From: Candidatus Uhrbacteria bacterium
GTDB lineage: Bacteria > Patescibacteriota > Patescibacteriia > JACQRZ01
Direction: 5' to 3'
Assembly (NCBI GenBank): GCA_016186045.1
Contig: JACPMJ010000005.1
Coordinates: 73,143-132,853 of the forward strand
DNA: 59,711 nucleotides
The notes under the pieces were generated by a model. The model saw nothing but the letters and a program-made list of their open reading frames with translations, was not told the origin of the DNA and searched no databases. The position numbers and the translations under genes are program-made. The stretch's first letter is position 1, and every line of letters begins with the position of its first letter. Shown one piece after another: positions 18,485 to 26,935 of this stretch.

Positions 18485-19948
18485 TTATTTGATATCTTTT
18501 GAGCGAAGAGTAGGGAATAACATGACCTCCTTCAACGAACCGCTATTCGTAAGGAGCGCGGTAAACCGATCAATGCCGATACCAAATCCCGCTGTTGGCG
18601 GCAATCCATATTCAAGCGCAGTCACATACTCCGAATCAATCCAATGCGCCTCTTCATCTCCTTGCTCTCGTTGTTTTTGCTGATCCTCAAACCGTTGAGC
18701 CTGATCAATGGGATCATTCAGCTCGGAGAAGCCCTTCAAAATCTCCATACCTGCAATAATAAGCTGAACGCTTTCCACTGTCTGCGTATTTTTTTTCTTC
18801 TTCGCAAGCGGAAGAAGCTCTAGCGGAGCGTCAATGATGAATGTCGGTTGAGTGATGGTTTTTATTGAATTCTTGAAGAGAAGATCAAGAATGTGCGCAG
18901 TGGTATCTGTCTCATCTGCTCCAATGCCTTGTGCGCGAACGCGATACTTGAGCTCTGCCGGAGTATGCGTCTCGATATCAATACCGGTCGCTTCGAACAC
19001 ACTATCTCGGAATGTTTTTCTTTGATAGGGCGGAGTCATATCTATGCGCGTATTTCGATATTCAAAAAAAGATTCTTTATGTACTTGTTCGACCACAGTG
19101 AAAAGCATACGTTCTACCATATCCATAAGCGCGGTATAGTCTGCATATGCCATATATCCCTCTACTTGGGTAAACTCCGGATTATGGGAGTGATCAATGC
19201 CCTCATTTCGAAAACATCGCGCAAACTCATACACGCGTTCAAATCCTCCGATAATCAACCGTTTCAGAAAAAGTTCCGGCGCAATACGCAAATACATATC
19301 CTCATCCAATGCATGATGGTGTGTCACGAACGGACGCGCCAGTGCACCGCCCGGGATCGATTGTAAAATAGGTGTCTCAACCTCCATAAATCCGTCCTTC
19401 TCAAGGAATTCTCTGAATGCTCGGACAATACATGCGCGTTTTTCAAAAATATCGCGAACAGATTCATTGACAATAAGATCAAGATATCTGCGGCGATAAC
19501 GCATTTCCATATCAGACAATCCGTGCCATTGTTCCGGTAGAGGAAGAAACGCTTTTGTAAGTATGCGTACGGAGGTCGCATGCAATGTTTTCTCCTCTGT
19601 TTTTGTGAGAAAAAGTGTTCCTTTTGCCTGTAAAAAATCTCCCATATCCAAAAAATCCTTCATTTGCATATACTGTTCATCGCCCAGCGTATCGCGGCGC
19701 AAAAAAACTTGAAATCGAGCGTGAGCGTCTTGAATCACGCAGAATGTTGATCCGCCATGTCTGCGAATGCTCCGCACGCGGCCCACAAGCGTCACGGAGG
19801 TACCGGAAGAAGAGAGATCGTCAAAAAGACTCTCTGCCGCGGAGCAGGTGTGGGTTCGTTCCGCAATATTCGGATACGGATCAACGCCATGCTTGGCAAG
19901 TGTTTCGGCTTTTTGTATGCGAATATCTCGCTCGTCACTGTGTTCCAT
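18485..19948 (-). CDS. lysS: Lysine--tRNA ligase, class II
   Basis: 487 aa. OB-fold N-domain and class II motifs (FMEVETPILQSIPGGALARPF, CFRNEGIDHSHNPEFT, GIGIDRF). Confidence 0.95.
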   Translation of the reverse strand: MEHSDERDIRIQKAETLAKHGVDPYPNIAERTHTCSAAESLFDDLSSSGTSVTLVGRVRSIRRHGGSTFCVIQDAHARFQVFLRRDTLGDEQYMQMKDFLDMGDFLQAKGTLFLTKTEEKTLHATSVRILTKAFLPLPEQWHGLSDMEMRYRRRYLDLIVNESVRDIFEKRACIVRAFREFLEKDGFMEVETPILQSIPGGALARPFVTHHHALDEDMYLRIAPELFLKRLIIGGFERVYEFARCFRNEGIDHSHNPEFTQVEGYMAYADYTALMDMVERMLFTVVEQVHKESFFEYRNTRIDMTPPYQRKTFRDSVFEATGIDIETHTPAELKYRVRAQGIGADETDTTAHILDLLFKNSIKTITQPTFIIDAPLELLPLAKKKKNTQTVESVQLIIAGMEILKGFSELNDPIDQAQRFEDQQKQREQGDEEAHWIDSEYVTALEYGLPPTAGFGIGIDRFTALLTNSGSLKEVMLFPTLRSKDIK

Positions 19949-20007
19949 ACGACAAGAAAATTATTATAAAGAGGTCTCTCTAGTGTACTAAAAAAAAATA
20001 AAAACGT

Positions 20008-20034
20008 CAAAATCCCGCACAATACGGGATTTTG
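20008..20034 (-). terminator. Intrinsic terminator after greA
   Basis: CAAAATCCCG-7 nt loop-CGGGATTTTG, followed on the minus strand by a T-rich run. Confidence 0.5.
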
Positions 20035-20052
20035 AGGATGAAAAAATCGATG

Positions 20053-20517
20053 TTATTTTATATCTACAATGACGTATTCGAATTCTCCGCGCGGAACTTT
20101 TACCATGACTTTTTCTCCAACGCGTCTGCCAAGAAATGCCCTTCCCAGTGGGGATTCATTGGAAATTCTCCGCGCGATCGGGTCCGCCTCCTCACTGCCG
20201 ACAATCTGATAACTCGCAGTCTGGCTGTCATATTCCACAGTCACGGTCGCACCAATCTGCACACTGACCAATCCGGTTTGATCTTGTATATTATCAATAA
20301 TCACTGCGTTTTTCAAAATATTTTCATATTCCAAAATTTTTGACTCGAGCATCGCCTGATCGTCTTTCGCCTCGGCATACTCTGCGTTTTCACGCAAATC
20401 TCCCAATTCCTTTGCTTCCGCGATACGCTCAATAACCTCCCTGCGCGCAACGGTTTTCATGCGATGAAGATCTTGTGCGAGCCGCTCAAGCCCTTCTTTT
20501 GTTAAATAGTGCGGCAT
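20053..20517 (-). CDS. greA: Transcription elongation factor GreA
   Basis: MPHYLTKEGLERLAQDL...REN.EY..AK.. and a C-terminal FKBP-like domain. Start 20517 is preferred because the promoter lies inside the longer track ORF. Confidence 0.9.
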   Translation of the reverse strand: MPHYLTKEGLERLAQDLHRMKTVARREVIERIAEAKELGDLRENAEYAEAKDDQAMLESKILEYENILKNAVIIDNIQDQTGLVSVQIGATVTVEYDSQTASYQIVGSEEADPIARRISNESPLGRAFLGRRVGEKVMVKVPRGEFEYVIVDIK

Positions 20518-20566
20518 AGACAGACAAATTACAAATAAAGCGCTTTTAAAACAGTGGTAGAAAGGC

Positions 20567-20595
20567 ACTATACAGAGAAAAGATTACATTGTCAA
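20567..20595 (-). promoter_or_regulatory. Sigma70-like promoter for greA
   Basis: Minus strand: TTGACA-17 nt-TATAGT. Confidence 0.5.
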
Positions 20596-20703
20596 GATGC
20601 GTAGTTGTGGATAATGTTTTGTCAAGAGAGAAACATACATATGAGTATTCGGAACGCAGGTAGTTTTTTGTAACTGTCAATGGATATTTGTCATTTTTTA
20701 AAA

Positions 20704-22623
20704 TTATTTTTTATACTCTTCAACATACCATTTCAAAAATTCATATGCTACTGATACTCCGCTCCTGCTTCCCTCTTCTCCCTCTTCAATAAGAACAGTT
20801 AAGACAATATTCGGATTATCATATGGCGCCCATCCAATAAACCATGCATGCGGTGGCTTTCCCTTCCCCCACTGTGCAGTGCCCGTCTTTCCCGCAACCG
20901 CCACTGGCAATGTATTGAGCCGGCGCCCGCTCCCCGCCTCAATGGTCCTTCGCATTCCCTCGCGGACGATAGCCGTACTCTCCTTGCTTACAACTCCTTC
21001 GCGAAGAATGACCGGTTGAATGAGCCGTTCTGGAGCAGTACCAATACGCTCAACAATATGCGGACGATAGCTTTTTCCGTTATTCGCAAAATACGAAGTC
21101 ATACTGTTCATCTGAATCGGCGTTACAAGAAAATCCCCTTGTCCGATGGATAAATGATAGGTATCTCCAATATACCAAGGCTCTTTCTTTACCTCCTTTT
21201 TCCATTCCGGAGTAGGAATAAATCCCACGCGCTCATACGGAAGATCAATATCGGTACGCGCGCCAAATCCAAACCGTTCCAAATATGCCGTAAGTCGCCC
21301 AATTCCCAATCCCTGTTGGTTTCCCTGCCCGCCACCAAGAACATAAAAGAACGTATTGACGGATTCTGCGATTGCTTTCGTGACTGTTGTGCGTCCGTGT
21401 CCGCCGGCTTTCCAGTCAGGGAAAAACCATTCACCAATGCGAATGCCGCCACTACTCAAAACAGACGTTCCTTTTGTAATCACTCCTGCGTCAATGCCGG
21501 CTGCGGCCAATGCCGGCTTTATGGTGGAACCGGAAGGATACTCTCCGCGAATCGCCCGATGAAAAAGCGGCGTATCAGGATCATCAAGAAGTTTTTTATA
21601 TGCGTCTTGTGAAATGCCGCGCGCGAAAGCATTATTATCATACGCAGGCAAACTTACCAATGCACGAATACCGCCATCGCTCGGATCGGAAACAATCATG
21701 ACGGCACGTTTTTTTTTCATCTCCTTCATGGTATGCGATAGAACTTCCTCCGCTTTTTTTTGCATGGCACTGTCTATTGTAAGGATCATATTTTCCCCGT
21801 CTTTCGGCTGTTCTTCTGACAGAACTTCTTTTTCATCCCCAAGCGCATCAACCTCAATGTTTTTTTTCCCATGTTTTCCGTGGAGTTCGAGCTCATACTG
21901 TGCCTCAATGCCATCTTTGCCAATGGAATCCATTCGCACATAGTTCGCGTGATTCTCTAGCTCTTTGCTGTTTATTTTTCCGGTGTATCCTACAACATGG
22001 GACAGACTTTGCATACTGTCAAAAGAATATCGTCTTCGTTCACGGACAATCAAACTTACACCGGGAAGATCCGCGATTGCCGCATCAAGAATAAGCGCCG
22101 GCGTGTATTCAATATGTTCCGCTACAAAGATTGGCTGATACGGATCTTCAGATTCTTTTATTTTTTGTATGAGATCATTACTGGAAATAGTGGTCAGGGA
22201 GGAAAGTTTTTCAAAAAGAGCATGTTGCTCTGACGTATCTTTTGGAAGTTCAGAAGGAACAATCTGCAAAGAAAAACTTGGTTCATTATAAACAAGCACA
22301 ATGCCGTTTCTGTCATACAGTACGCCGCGGCGGGCCGGCAGTATGACTGTTTTCACCTTATTCCGTTCGGCAAGAGACGCAAAAGCGTTTCCTTTCGCAA
22401 GCTGTACATATGCGGTACGAAAAAAAAGCGCTGCAATGCCGATCGCAATGCACAGAAAAAGGAGTGTCATATTCTTTGTCGAAACAGACACCCCAAGAAA
22501 TTCTTGGGCATCGTGCGTACGCGCATTGTCGCATGAGGATTCCACCCATTCATGCTTGCTGCCATGCGCAAGCGTCATGCGCGCGCTGTCATACTCCGGA
22601 ACAAAATATCGTTCATCACCCAT
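20704..22623 (-). CDS. mrdA: Penicillin-binding protein 2 (elongation transpeptidase)
   Basis: N-terminal TM and the motifs STIKP (SxxK), SVN (SxN), KTGTA. It follows the mreD-like gene. Confidence 0.9.
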   Translation of the reverse strand: MGDERYFVPEYDSARMTLAHGSKHEWVESSCDNARTHDAQEFLGVSVSTKNMTLLFLCIAIGIAALFFRTAYVQLAKGNAFASLAERNKVKTVILPARRGVLYDRNGIVLVYNEPSFSLQIVPSELPKDTSEQHALFEKLSSLTTISSNDLIQKIKESEDPYQPIFVAEHIEYTPALILDAAIADLPGVSLIVRERRRYSFDSMQSLSHVVGYTGKINSKELENHANYVRMDSIGKDGIEAQYELELHGKHGKKNIEVDALGDEKEVLSEEQPKDGENMILTIDSAMQKKAEEVLSHTMKEMKKKRAVMIVSDPSDGGIRALVSLPAYDNNAFARGISQDAYKKLLDDPDTPLFHRAIRGEYPSGSTIKPALAAAGIDAGVITKGTSVLSSGGIRIGEWFFPDWKAGGHGRTTVTKAIAESVNTFFYVLGGGQGNQQGLGIGRLTAYLERFGFGARTDIDLPYERVGFIPTPEWKKEVKKEPWYIGDTYHLSIGQGDFLVTPIQMNSMTSYFANNGKSYRPHIVERIGTAPERLIQPVILREGVVSKESTAIVREGMRRTIEAGSGRRLNTLPVAVAGKTGTAQWGKGKPPHAWFIGWAPYDNPNIVLTVLIEEGEEGSRSGVSVAYEFLKWYVEEYKK

Positions 22624-22634
22624 ACGACACTGAA

Positions 22635-23153
22635 TTATTGAGGGAACATAAGGAAGGCGCGAGAAAACTGTACGCGCCGGTATTGAATGATATAGAAAAA
22701 TATCAAAAATACGCTCTGTATACCAAACCCTATCGCAAGTTCTTCTGCGTATTCAAATGAAAAAAACAGACGAAATGCCTCCGACTGCTGTTGCATCATT
22801 GCGCTAAAAAAGCCAGCAGATGTTCCTACGACATGATACAGGAAAAATCCGGCGATACCTAACAAAAAAAATGCGGAAAAGGATTTGTTTGTCAAAAAAG
22901 AAGCGCACAATAGGAGGCCGAGCAACGAAATGAGCGGATACAAAACGATATGCATGCCAAAGGGTCCGGCAATAATATCTTCAATGAATCCTGCGACGCA
23001 TGCGTACGTGAGCGCAGTACGGGATGGCAAAAAAAACACAAAAAAAACCATGAGCGCAATGACGATATGCCCATAGCGGAATACGCTTATGTGCAGTGTC
23101 TCGGCAAGCACTACGGCAAAAAAAAGAAGTAGGTGTCTCAGAAATGTTTCCAT
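22635..23153 (-). CDS. mreD: MreD-like rod-shape membrane protein
   Basis: 172-aa polytopic protein directly upstream of PBP2. The call rests on position and topology only. Confidence 0.45.
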   Translation of the reverse strand: METFLRHLLLFFAVVLAETLHISVFRYGHIVIALMVFFVFFLPSRTALTYACVAGFIEDIIAGPFGMHIVLYPLISLLGLLLCASFLTNKSFSAFFLLGIAGFFLYHVVGTSAGFFSAMMQQQSEAFRLFFSFEYAEELAIGFGIQSVFLIFFYIIQYRRVQFSRAFLMFPQ

Positions 23154-23158
23154 ATCCT

Positions 23159-23425
23159 CTATTTCATGATGCTCGAGAATTTTGAAACCATGAGCTTTTT
23201 GAGGCTGTCCAGCGCGCGGGAAAACGCCTCTTTTGCTGATTTTTCCAATTGATGCCTATCCCCCACTACCTTTTCATCAATTTCTACGCGGACCACATTC
23301 TGATTACCGTCAAGCGTTACCTTGAAAAGACCGTTTGAAGATGTGCCAATGACCTGTTCTTTCCCTAGTTGTGCTTGAATCTCGCGTGCCTGCTTAAGAT
23401 CTTTCAATTTATCAAAAAATGACAT
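23159..23425 (-). CDS. ybaB: YbaB/EbfC nucleoid-associated protein
   Basis: 88 aa. ...GTSSNGLFKVTLDGNQNVVRVEIDEKVV... is the typical YbaB layout. Confidence 0.8.
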   Translation of the reverse strand: MSFFDKLKDLKQAREIQAQLGKEQVIGTSSNGLFKVTLDGNQNVVRVEIDEKVVGDRHQLEKSAKEAFSRALDSLKKLMVSKFSSIMK

Positions 23426-23448
23426 AGCATATGGCGTTTATAGATAAA

Positions 23449-24093
23449 TTATGTGTGTGATAATGGGCAATGCATGTGATCATGTCTTTTTGCCGGACAA
23501 TATGTCCGCCCATAATGGATGAGCATGTGAGAAAACGTGATCCATTCTTTGCGCGGAACAATCCGCATAAGGTCGCGTTCAATAATAGCCGGATTAGTCG
23601 CATGTGTCAATCCAAGTTTTTTACTCAATCGTATGAGATGTGTATCTACCGCTATCCCTTCTGATTTCCCAAATGCGGCTCCCAACATAACATTTGCGGT
23701 TTTCCGCCCGACGCCGGGAATTTTCAAAAGTTCTTCCATGGTATCAGGAATTTTTCCATGATAGGTTTTTTCTATCATTTTTGCGGCGGCTAAAATGTGT
23801 TTCGCTTTGTTTTTATAAAATCCTGTTGAATAGATATCTTTCTGGAAATCAGATTGTTTTGCGGAAGTATAATTTTTTATCGCTTGGTATTTCTTGAAAA
23901 GCTTTTCTGTCACCTCATTCACTTTCTTATCCGTGCATTGCGCAGAGAGCATGACCGCCACCAAAAGCTCCCATGGATTTGAATATCGAAGTGCGATATG
24001 CGCATCGGGAAACAACTTTTTAAGTACGCGAATCATACGAACGACTCGTTTTTTTCTTTGAGAAAGATCGCCGTCTTGCATAAAAAACTTCAA
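23449..24093 (-). CDS. nth: Endonuclease III-like HhH-GPD glycosylase with an incomplete Fe-S Cys motif
   Basis: LLKIPGVGRKTANVML (HhH) and VDTHLIR. The C-terminus is YCPAKRHDHMHCPLSHT*, with only two Cys. Confidence 0.8.
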   Translation of the reverse strand: MKFFMQDGDLSQRKKRVVRMIRVLKKLFPDAHIALRYSNPWELLVAVMLSAQCTDKKVNEVTEKLFKKYQAIKNYTSAKQSDFQKDIYSTGFYKNKAKHILAAAKMIEKTYHGKIPDTMEELLKIPGVGRKTANVMLGAAFGKSEGIAVDTHLIRLSKKLGLTHATNPAIIERDLMRIVPRKEWITFSHMLIHYGRTYCPAKRHDHMHCPLSHT

Positions 24094-24103
24094 AGGCGCA
24101 ACA

Positions 24104-24355
24104 TTAATGGATTGTGCTTCCTGGAGTCACTTCTTTTTCCGGAAAAAGAAGAACCGGCTCCCTATCTCCTGCCGCTAGAAGCATTCCGTTACTCTCAATA
24201 CCCATAAGAGTCCGCGGTTCAAGATTTGCAACAATGACGATTTCCTTTCCTACTAGACTCTCAGGACTATACGCCAATCCGATACCAGCGACAATCTGCC
24301 GCTGTTCAGTACCAATATCCACAATAAGTTTTAATAGTTTTTGTGATTTTTCCAC
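24104..24355 (-). CDS. tRNA-binding (CsaA/EMAP-type OB) domain protein; start uncertain
   Basis: KLLKLIVDIGTEQRQIVAGIGLAYSPESLVGKEIVIVANLEPRTLMGIESNGMLLAA is a classic tRNA_bind domain. The frame stays open upstream to 24409 and encodes the expected first strand, but without an ATG/GTG/TTG. Confidence 0.7.
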   Translation of the reverse strand: MEKSQKLLKLIVDIGTEQRQIVAGIGLAYSPESLVGKEIVIVANLEPRTLMGIESNGMLLAAGDREPVLLFPEKEVTPGSTIH

Positions 24356-24396
24356 TTGCTGGGCGGAAAGAATTTTTGCAATCTTGAGTTCTATTT

Positions 24397-24864
24397 TTAG
24401 AAAATCCGCTCAAAGCAAAATCGTCCGGCGGTATGCTTCCAATTCCATTCTGTGTCGTATCCTTTCGTTTCCACTGGCGTAAAAACAGGCATTTTTTCTG
24501 CCGGTGACACGGGAATGTACCTTCTCTTTTCACGAGAAATATCATTTTTTGATTCTTGTGCAAATGTTGCGCACATGCTGAATCGCAGATCTCCTTTTTT
24601 CTCAAATTCGTAGTCCGTCCCATATTCCGGATCGCGTGGCACGCGAAATCCGCTTATGGGATCATTAAGCTCCGCAAGTGTTTGAGGAATTTGTTCCCTT
24701 GTCTGCCAATAATGAATGATATTGGATTGGATGTTTTGCAGATCGGACACGCGTAATTCGTCAAACCTTTGCAGACGCGCTGAAAATGGAGACCCAATGA
24801 CAAAGAACGCAACACCTGTCACACCGATAATAACACTCGTGACAGCTATGATAAAATATTTCAT
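24397..24864 (-). CDS. Membrane-anchored pilin-fold-like protein, hypothetical
   Basis: N-terminal TM, then ...RFDELRVSDLQNIQSNIIHYW...IPQTLAEL...VPRDPEYGTDYEF...FSMCATF, the pattern seen in type IV pilin globular domains. There is no G/FTLIE prepilin cleavage motif. Confidence 0.55.
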   Translation of the reverse strand: MKYFIIAVTSVIIGVTGVAFFVIGSPFSARLQRFDELRVSDLQNIQSNIIHYWQTREQIPQTLAELNDPISGFRVPRDPEYGTDYEFEKKGDLRFSMCATFAQESKNDISREKRRYIPVSPAEKMPVFTPVETKGYDTEWNWKHTAGRFCFERIF

Positions 24865-24873
24865 ACGGCGCTG

Positions 24874-25377
24874 TTATTTTCCACTTCGCATTCTTCGAAT
24901 ATCGCAGACATAGTACCAGAATATTGATCCGGCAACAAAGAATACTCCGGCTGTTTTTGCATAAAATCGCATGCGTACTTCACCATTCAACATACTGTTT
25001 ACTAATGCGACCAAATCTCCCAGGAGGATAAATGAGGCGACAAAAAGCGTGAAATACACTAACCATTTCCGAATCCAGAGATGTTGTTTTTCCGGTATGC
25101 GGACATACATCCTATTCAAATACCAGGTACTTCCAAAAAATGCCGGAAACAAAATGATAAGCGAGGCGAGCGCTGATCGGATCAGCCTGATTTTTTCCTG
25201 TGCCTCTCCCGTATATCCATGATAATCCAACGCATCCGGAATATATATGTTTATCATTTGAAAAACGATCGTCAAAAAGCTTGCCGCGCTGACGTAGAGT
25301 GCGATCATGGAAAACAAGTGGAGAAAAAAATCTTGCGGCGTAACGCGCGGTCGTATGCGAGTGTCCATAATATTCAT
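24874..25377 (-). CDS. DUF5671-like polytopic membrane protein
   Basis: PQDFFLHLFSMIALYVSAASFLTIVFQ...IRKWLVYFTLFVASFILLGDLVALV... matches my memory of DUF5671. I chose start M21 (25377) to avoid a 40-nt overlap with the upstream gene. Confidence 0.6.
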   Translation of the reverse strand: MNIMDTRIRPRVTPQDFFLHLFSMIALYVSAASFLTIVFQMINIYIPDALDYHGYTGEAQEKIRLIRSALASLIILFPAFFGSTWYLNRMYVRIPEKQHLWIRKWLVYFTLFVASFILLGDLVALVNSMLNGEVRMRFYAKTAGVFFVAGSIFWYYVCDIRRMRSGK

Positions 25378-25397
25378 GTTGGAGTAGTTATAAAAGG

Positions 25398-26258
25398 TCA
25401 ATAAAGAAGAAACTTTTTCTTTTTTATTGTTTTCCATGGGAGCTTTCCACGGAATGGAAATGAAAATCCCGCGGCACCGGGATGGCCGCCGCCGCCATAG
25501 AGTACGGCAAGCCGTGAAACATCACACAAGCCGTCTGATCGCAATGACACATGAAGTTTTCCTGTCTTGTAATACCATGTCAATCCAAACGGCACACGAG
25601 GCCATTTTCTATATATCTGGGTTCCTGCCTCTGAATAATACAGGGAGGTATTTACCGCAATGACATGGTGTCCCTCAAAAAAAATCTCTTCACCGTTTCG
25701 CAATATATTTTTTTCTATTGCCATGCTTTTCCCTATAAGAATAATCCTGCCTTGCTCGATATATGCCCTGCGCTTTTTTTTGTTTTCAAAATCCTTCATG
25801 AGTTCCGACCAAATCGAAAAATCCAAATCATACGCGCCAAGGAATGCGGATATTTCTCTTGTATTCTGATGCTTGAATACAAACAAGTCATTATCTTCTA
25901 TCGCCAAAAGCATCCGTGGCGCAGGTTTTTGCGGAAAAAAGAATTTCCATGCGATTCCGCATCCGGAGCGCTTTGATGAAAACACGTGCGTATGTGCGCA
26001 GTTGATCGCGTCTACTTGACTTTCATGATGATCAAGAACAGTGACATGTTTTGCATAATGCATCACCCGCTTCATCACTGGCAAAGGATAGCAAAAATCA
26101 ATAAAAATAAGAGGACGTCCTTTGAGCTGTGCCGGCGGTACAACCTGATGCTCAAGTCCGAGATATTCAGCAGTATCGCCAAATTTCATCCATGCGACCC
26201 ATGCGCCGGTGAATCCATCCAGGCAGCCTTTATGATAGAGTATAAGAGGTTTATCCAT
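25398..26258 (-). CDS. DHH/DHHA1 phosphoesterase (NrnB/COG2404-like)
   Basis: YHKGCLDGFTGAW (motif I-like), VLDHHES (DHH), GGGGHPGAAGF (DHHA1). Confidence 0.75.
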   Translation of the reverse strand: MDKPLILYHKGCLDGFTGAWVAWMKFGDTAEYLGLEHQVVPPAQLKGRPLIFIDFCYPLPVMKRVMHYAKHVTVLDHHESQVDAINCAHTHVFSSKRSGCGIAWKFFFPQKPAPRMLLAIEDNDLFVFKHQNTREISAFLGAYDLDFSIWSELMKDFENKKKRRAYIEQGRIILIGKSMAIEKNILRNGEEIFFEGHHVIAVNTSLYYSEAGTQIYRKWPRVPFGLTWYYKTGKLHVSLRSDGLCDVSRLAVLYGGGGHPGAAGFSFPFRGKLPWKTIKKKKFLLY

Positions 26259-26305
26259 AAGAAAATACTCTCAGAGCCTTCTTCTTGTAGCATAGCATAT
26301 GGCAA

Positions 26306-26340
26306 TAAAAACAAAAGCGCCTACATGACAGTGTGGCGCC
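26306..26340 (-). terminator. Intrinsic terminator after the ABC/GldG/DUF4340 operon
   Basis: Minus strand: GGCGCC-13 nt loop-GGCGC followed by TTTTGTTTTT. Confidence 0.45.
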
Positions 26341-26350
26341 ATATGTGTTT

Positions 26351-26935
26351 CTATTGTTTTTTCTTTATTGGCGGAGCTAATCCATCTTTCCCCTGCTCTT
26401 CTTTCTGTTTTTCTATCCACGCGTCAATAGTATCCGAAAGTTTATAAAATGCAACGCTTGTCACCGCATACACGTCGTTTGATCCGTCTTTTCTCATAAA
26501 GTATGTGGTCTCTCCCGGCGTGCTGTTTCCAATAATATATGCGATGGATTTTCCTTTATCATATGTAAATGTCACGACATACCCGCTTTCATGTGTCACG
26601 CCAAGATCCGCATGATTCTCGGGATTTTTTGCAATGCGTTCTTTGGTTTCCGCCTTTTGAAATCCCTCAAAAAACAATCGGATATTTTCAAACACTGCTT
26701 TTTTGCCGTCAAGAAACCAATCACTCCCCCTTTTTGTAAAAACTTTTTTGTCTGTTCCTTTTTGAATGGTGAATATTTCCGCAGTGCTTTCGGAAAGAGA
26801 GCGAAAATCAAAGATATCTGAAACCACGGACGCTTTTTTTGAGAATGGAATGTATTTTTTCCATGCGGGAAATGACGCGCCAATAAGAAGAACAAGGAAC
26901 GTACCAGCGAGAATGATAAGTATTTTTTTATTCAT
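26351..26935 (-). CDS. DUF4340-like secreted/anchored protein
   Basis: Start MNKKILIILAGTFLVLLIG (26935). Its position after a GldG-type gene is the usual DUF4340 context. Confidence 0.55.
   Translation of the reverse strand: MNKKILIILAGTFLVLLIGASFPAWKKYIPFSKKASVVSDIFDFRSLSESTAEIFTIQKGTDKKVFTKRGSDWFLDGKKAVFENIRLFFEGFQKAETKERIAKNPENHADLGVTHESGYVVTFTYDKGKSIAYIIGNSTPGETTYFMRKDGSNDVYAVTSVAFYKLSDTIDAWIEKQKEEQGKDGLAPPIKKKQ

Noticed and set aside
24397-24412. Programmed -1 frameshift fusing the pilin-like ORF to the tRNA-binding domain (T TTC TAA context)
   Set aside because: There is no proper X XXY YYZ heptamer. Fusing a membrane-anchored extracytoplasmic protein to a cytoplasmic tRNA-binding OB fold makes no topological sense. 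It is kept only as a remote alternative under the start-codon finding.
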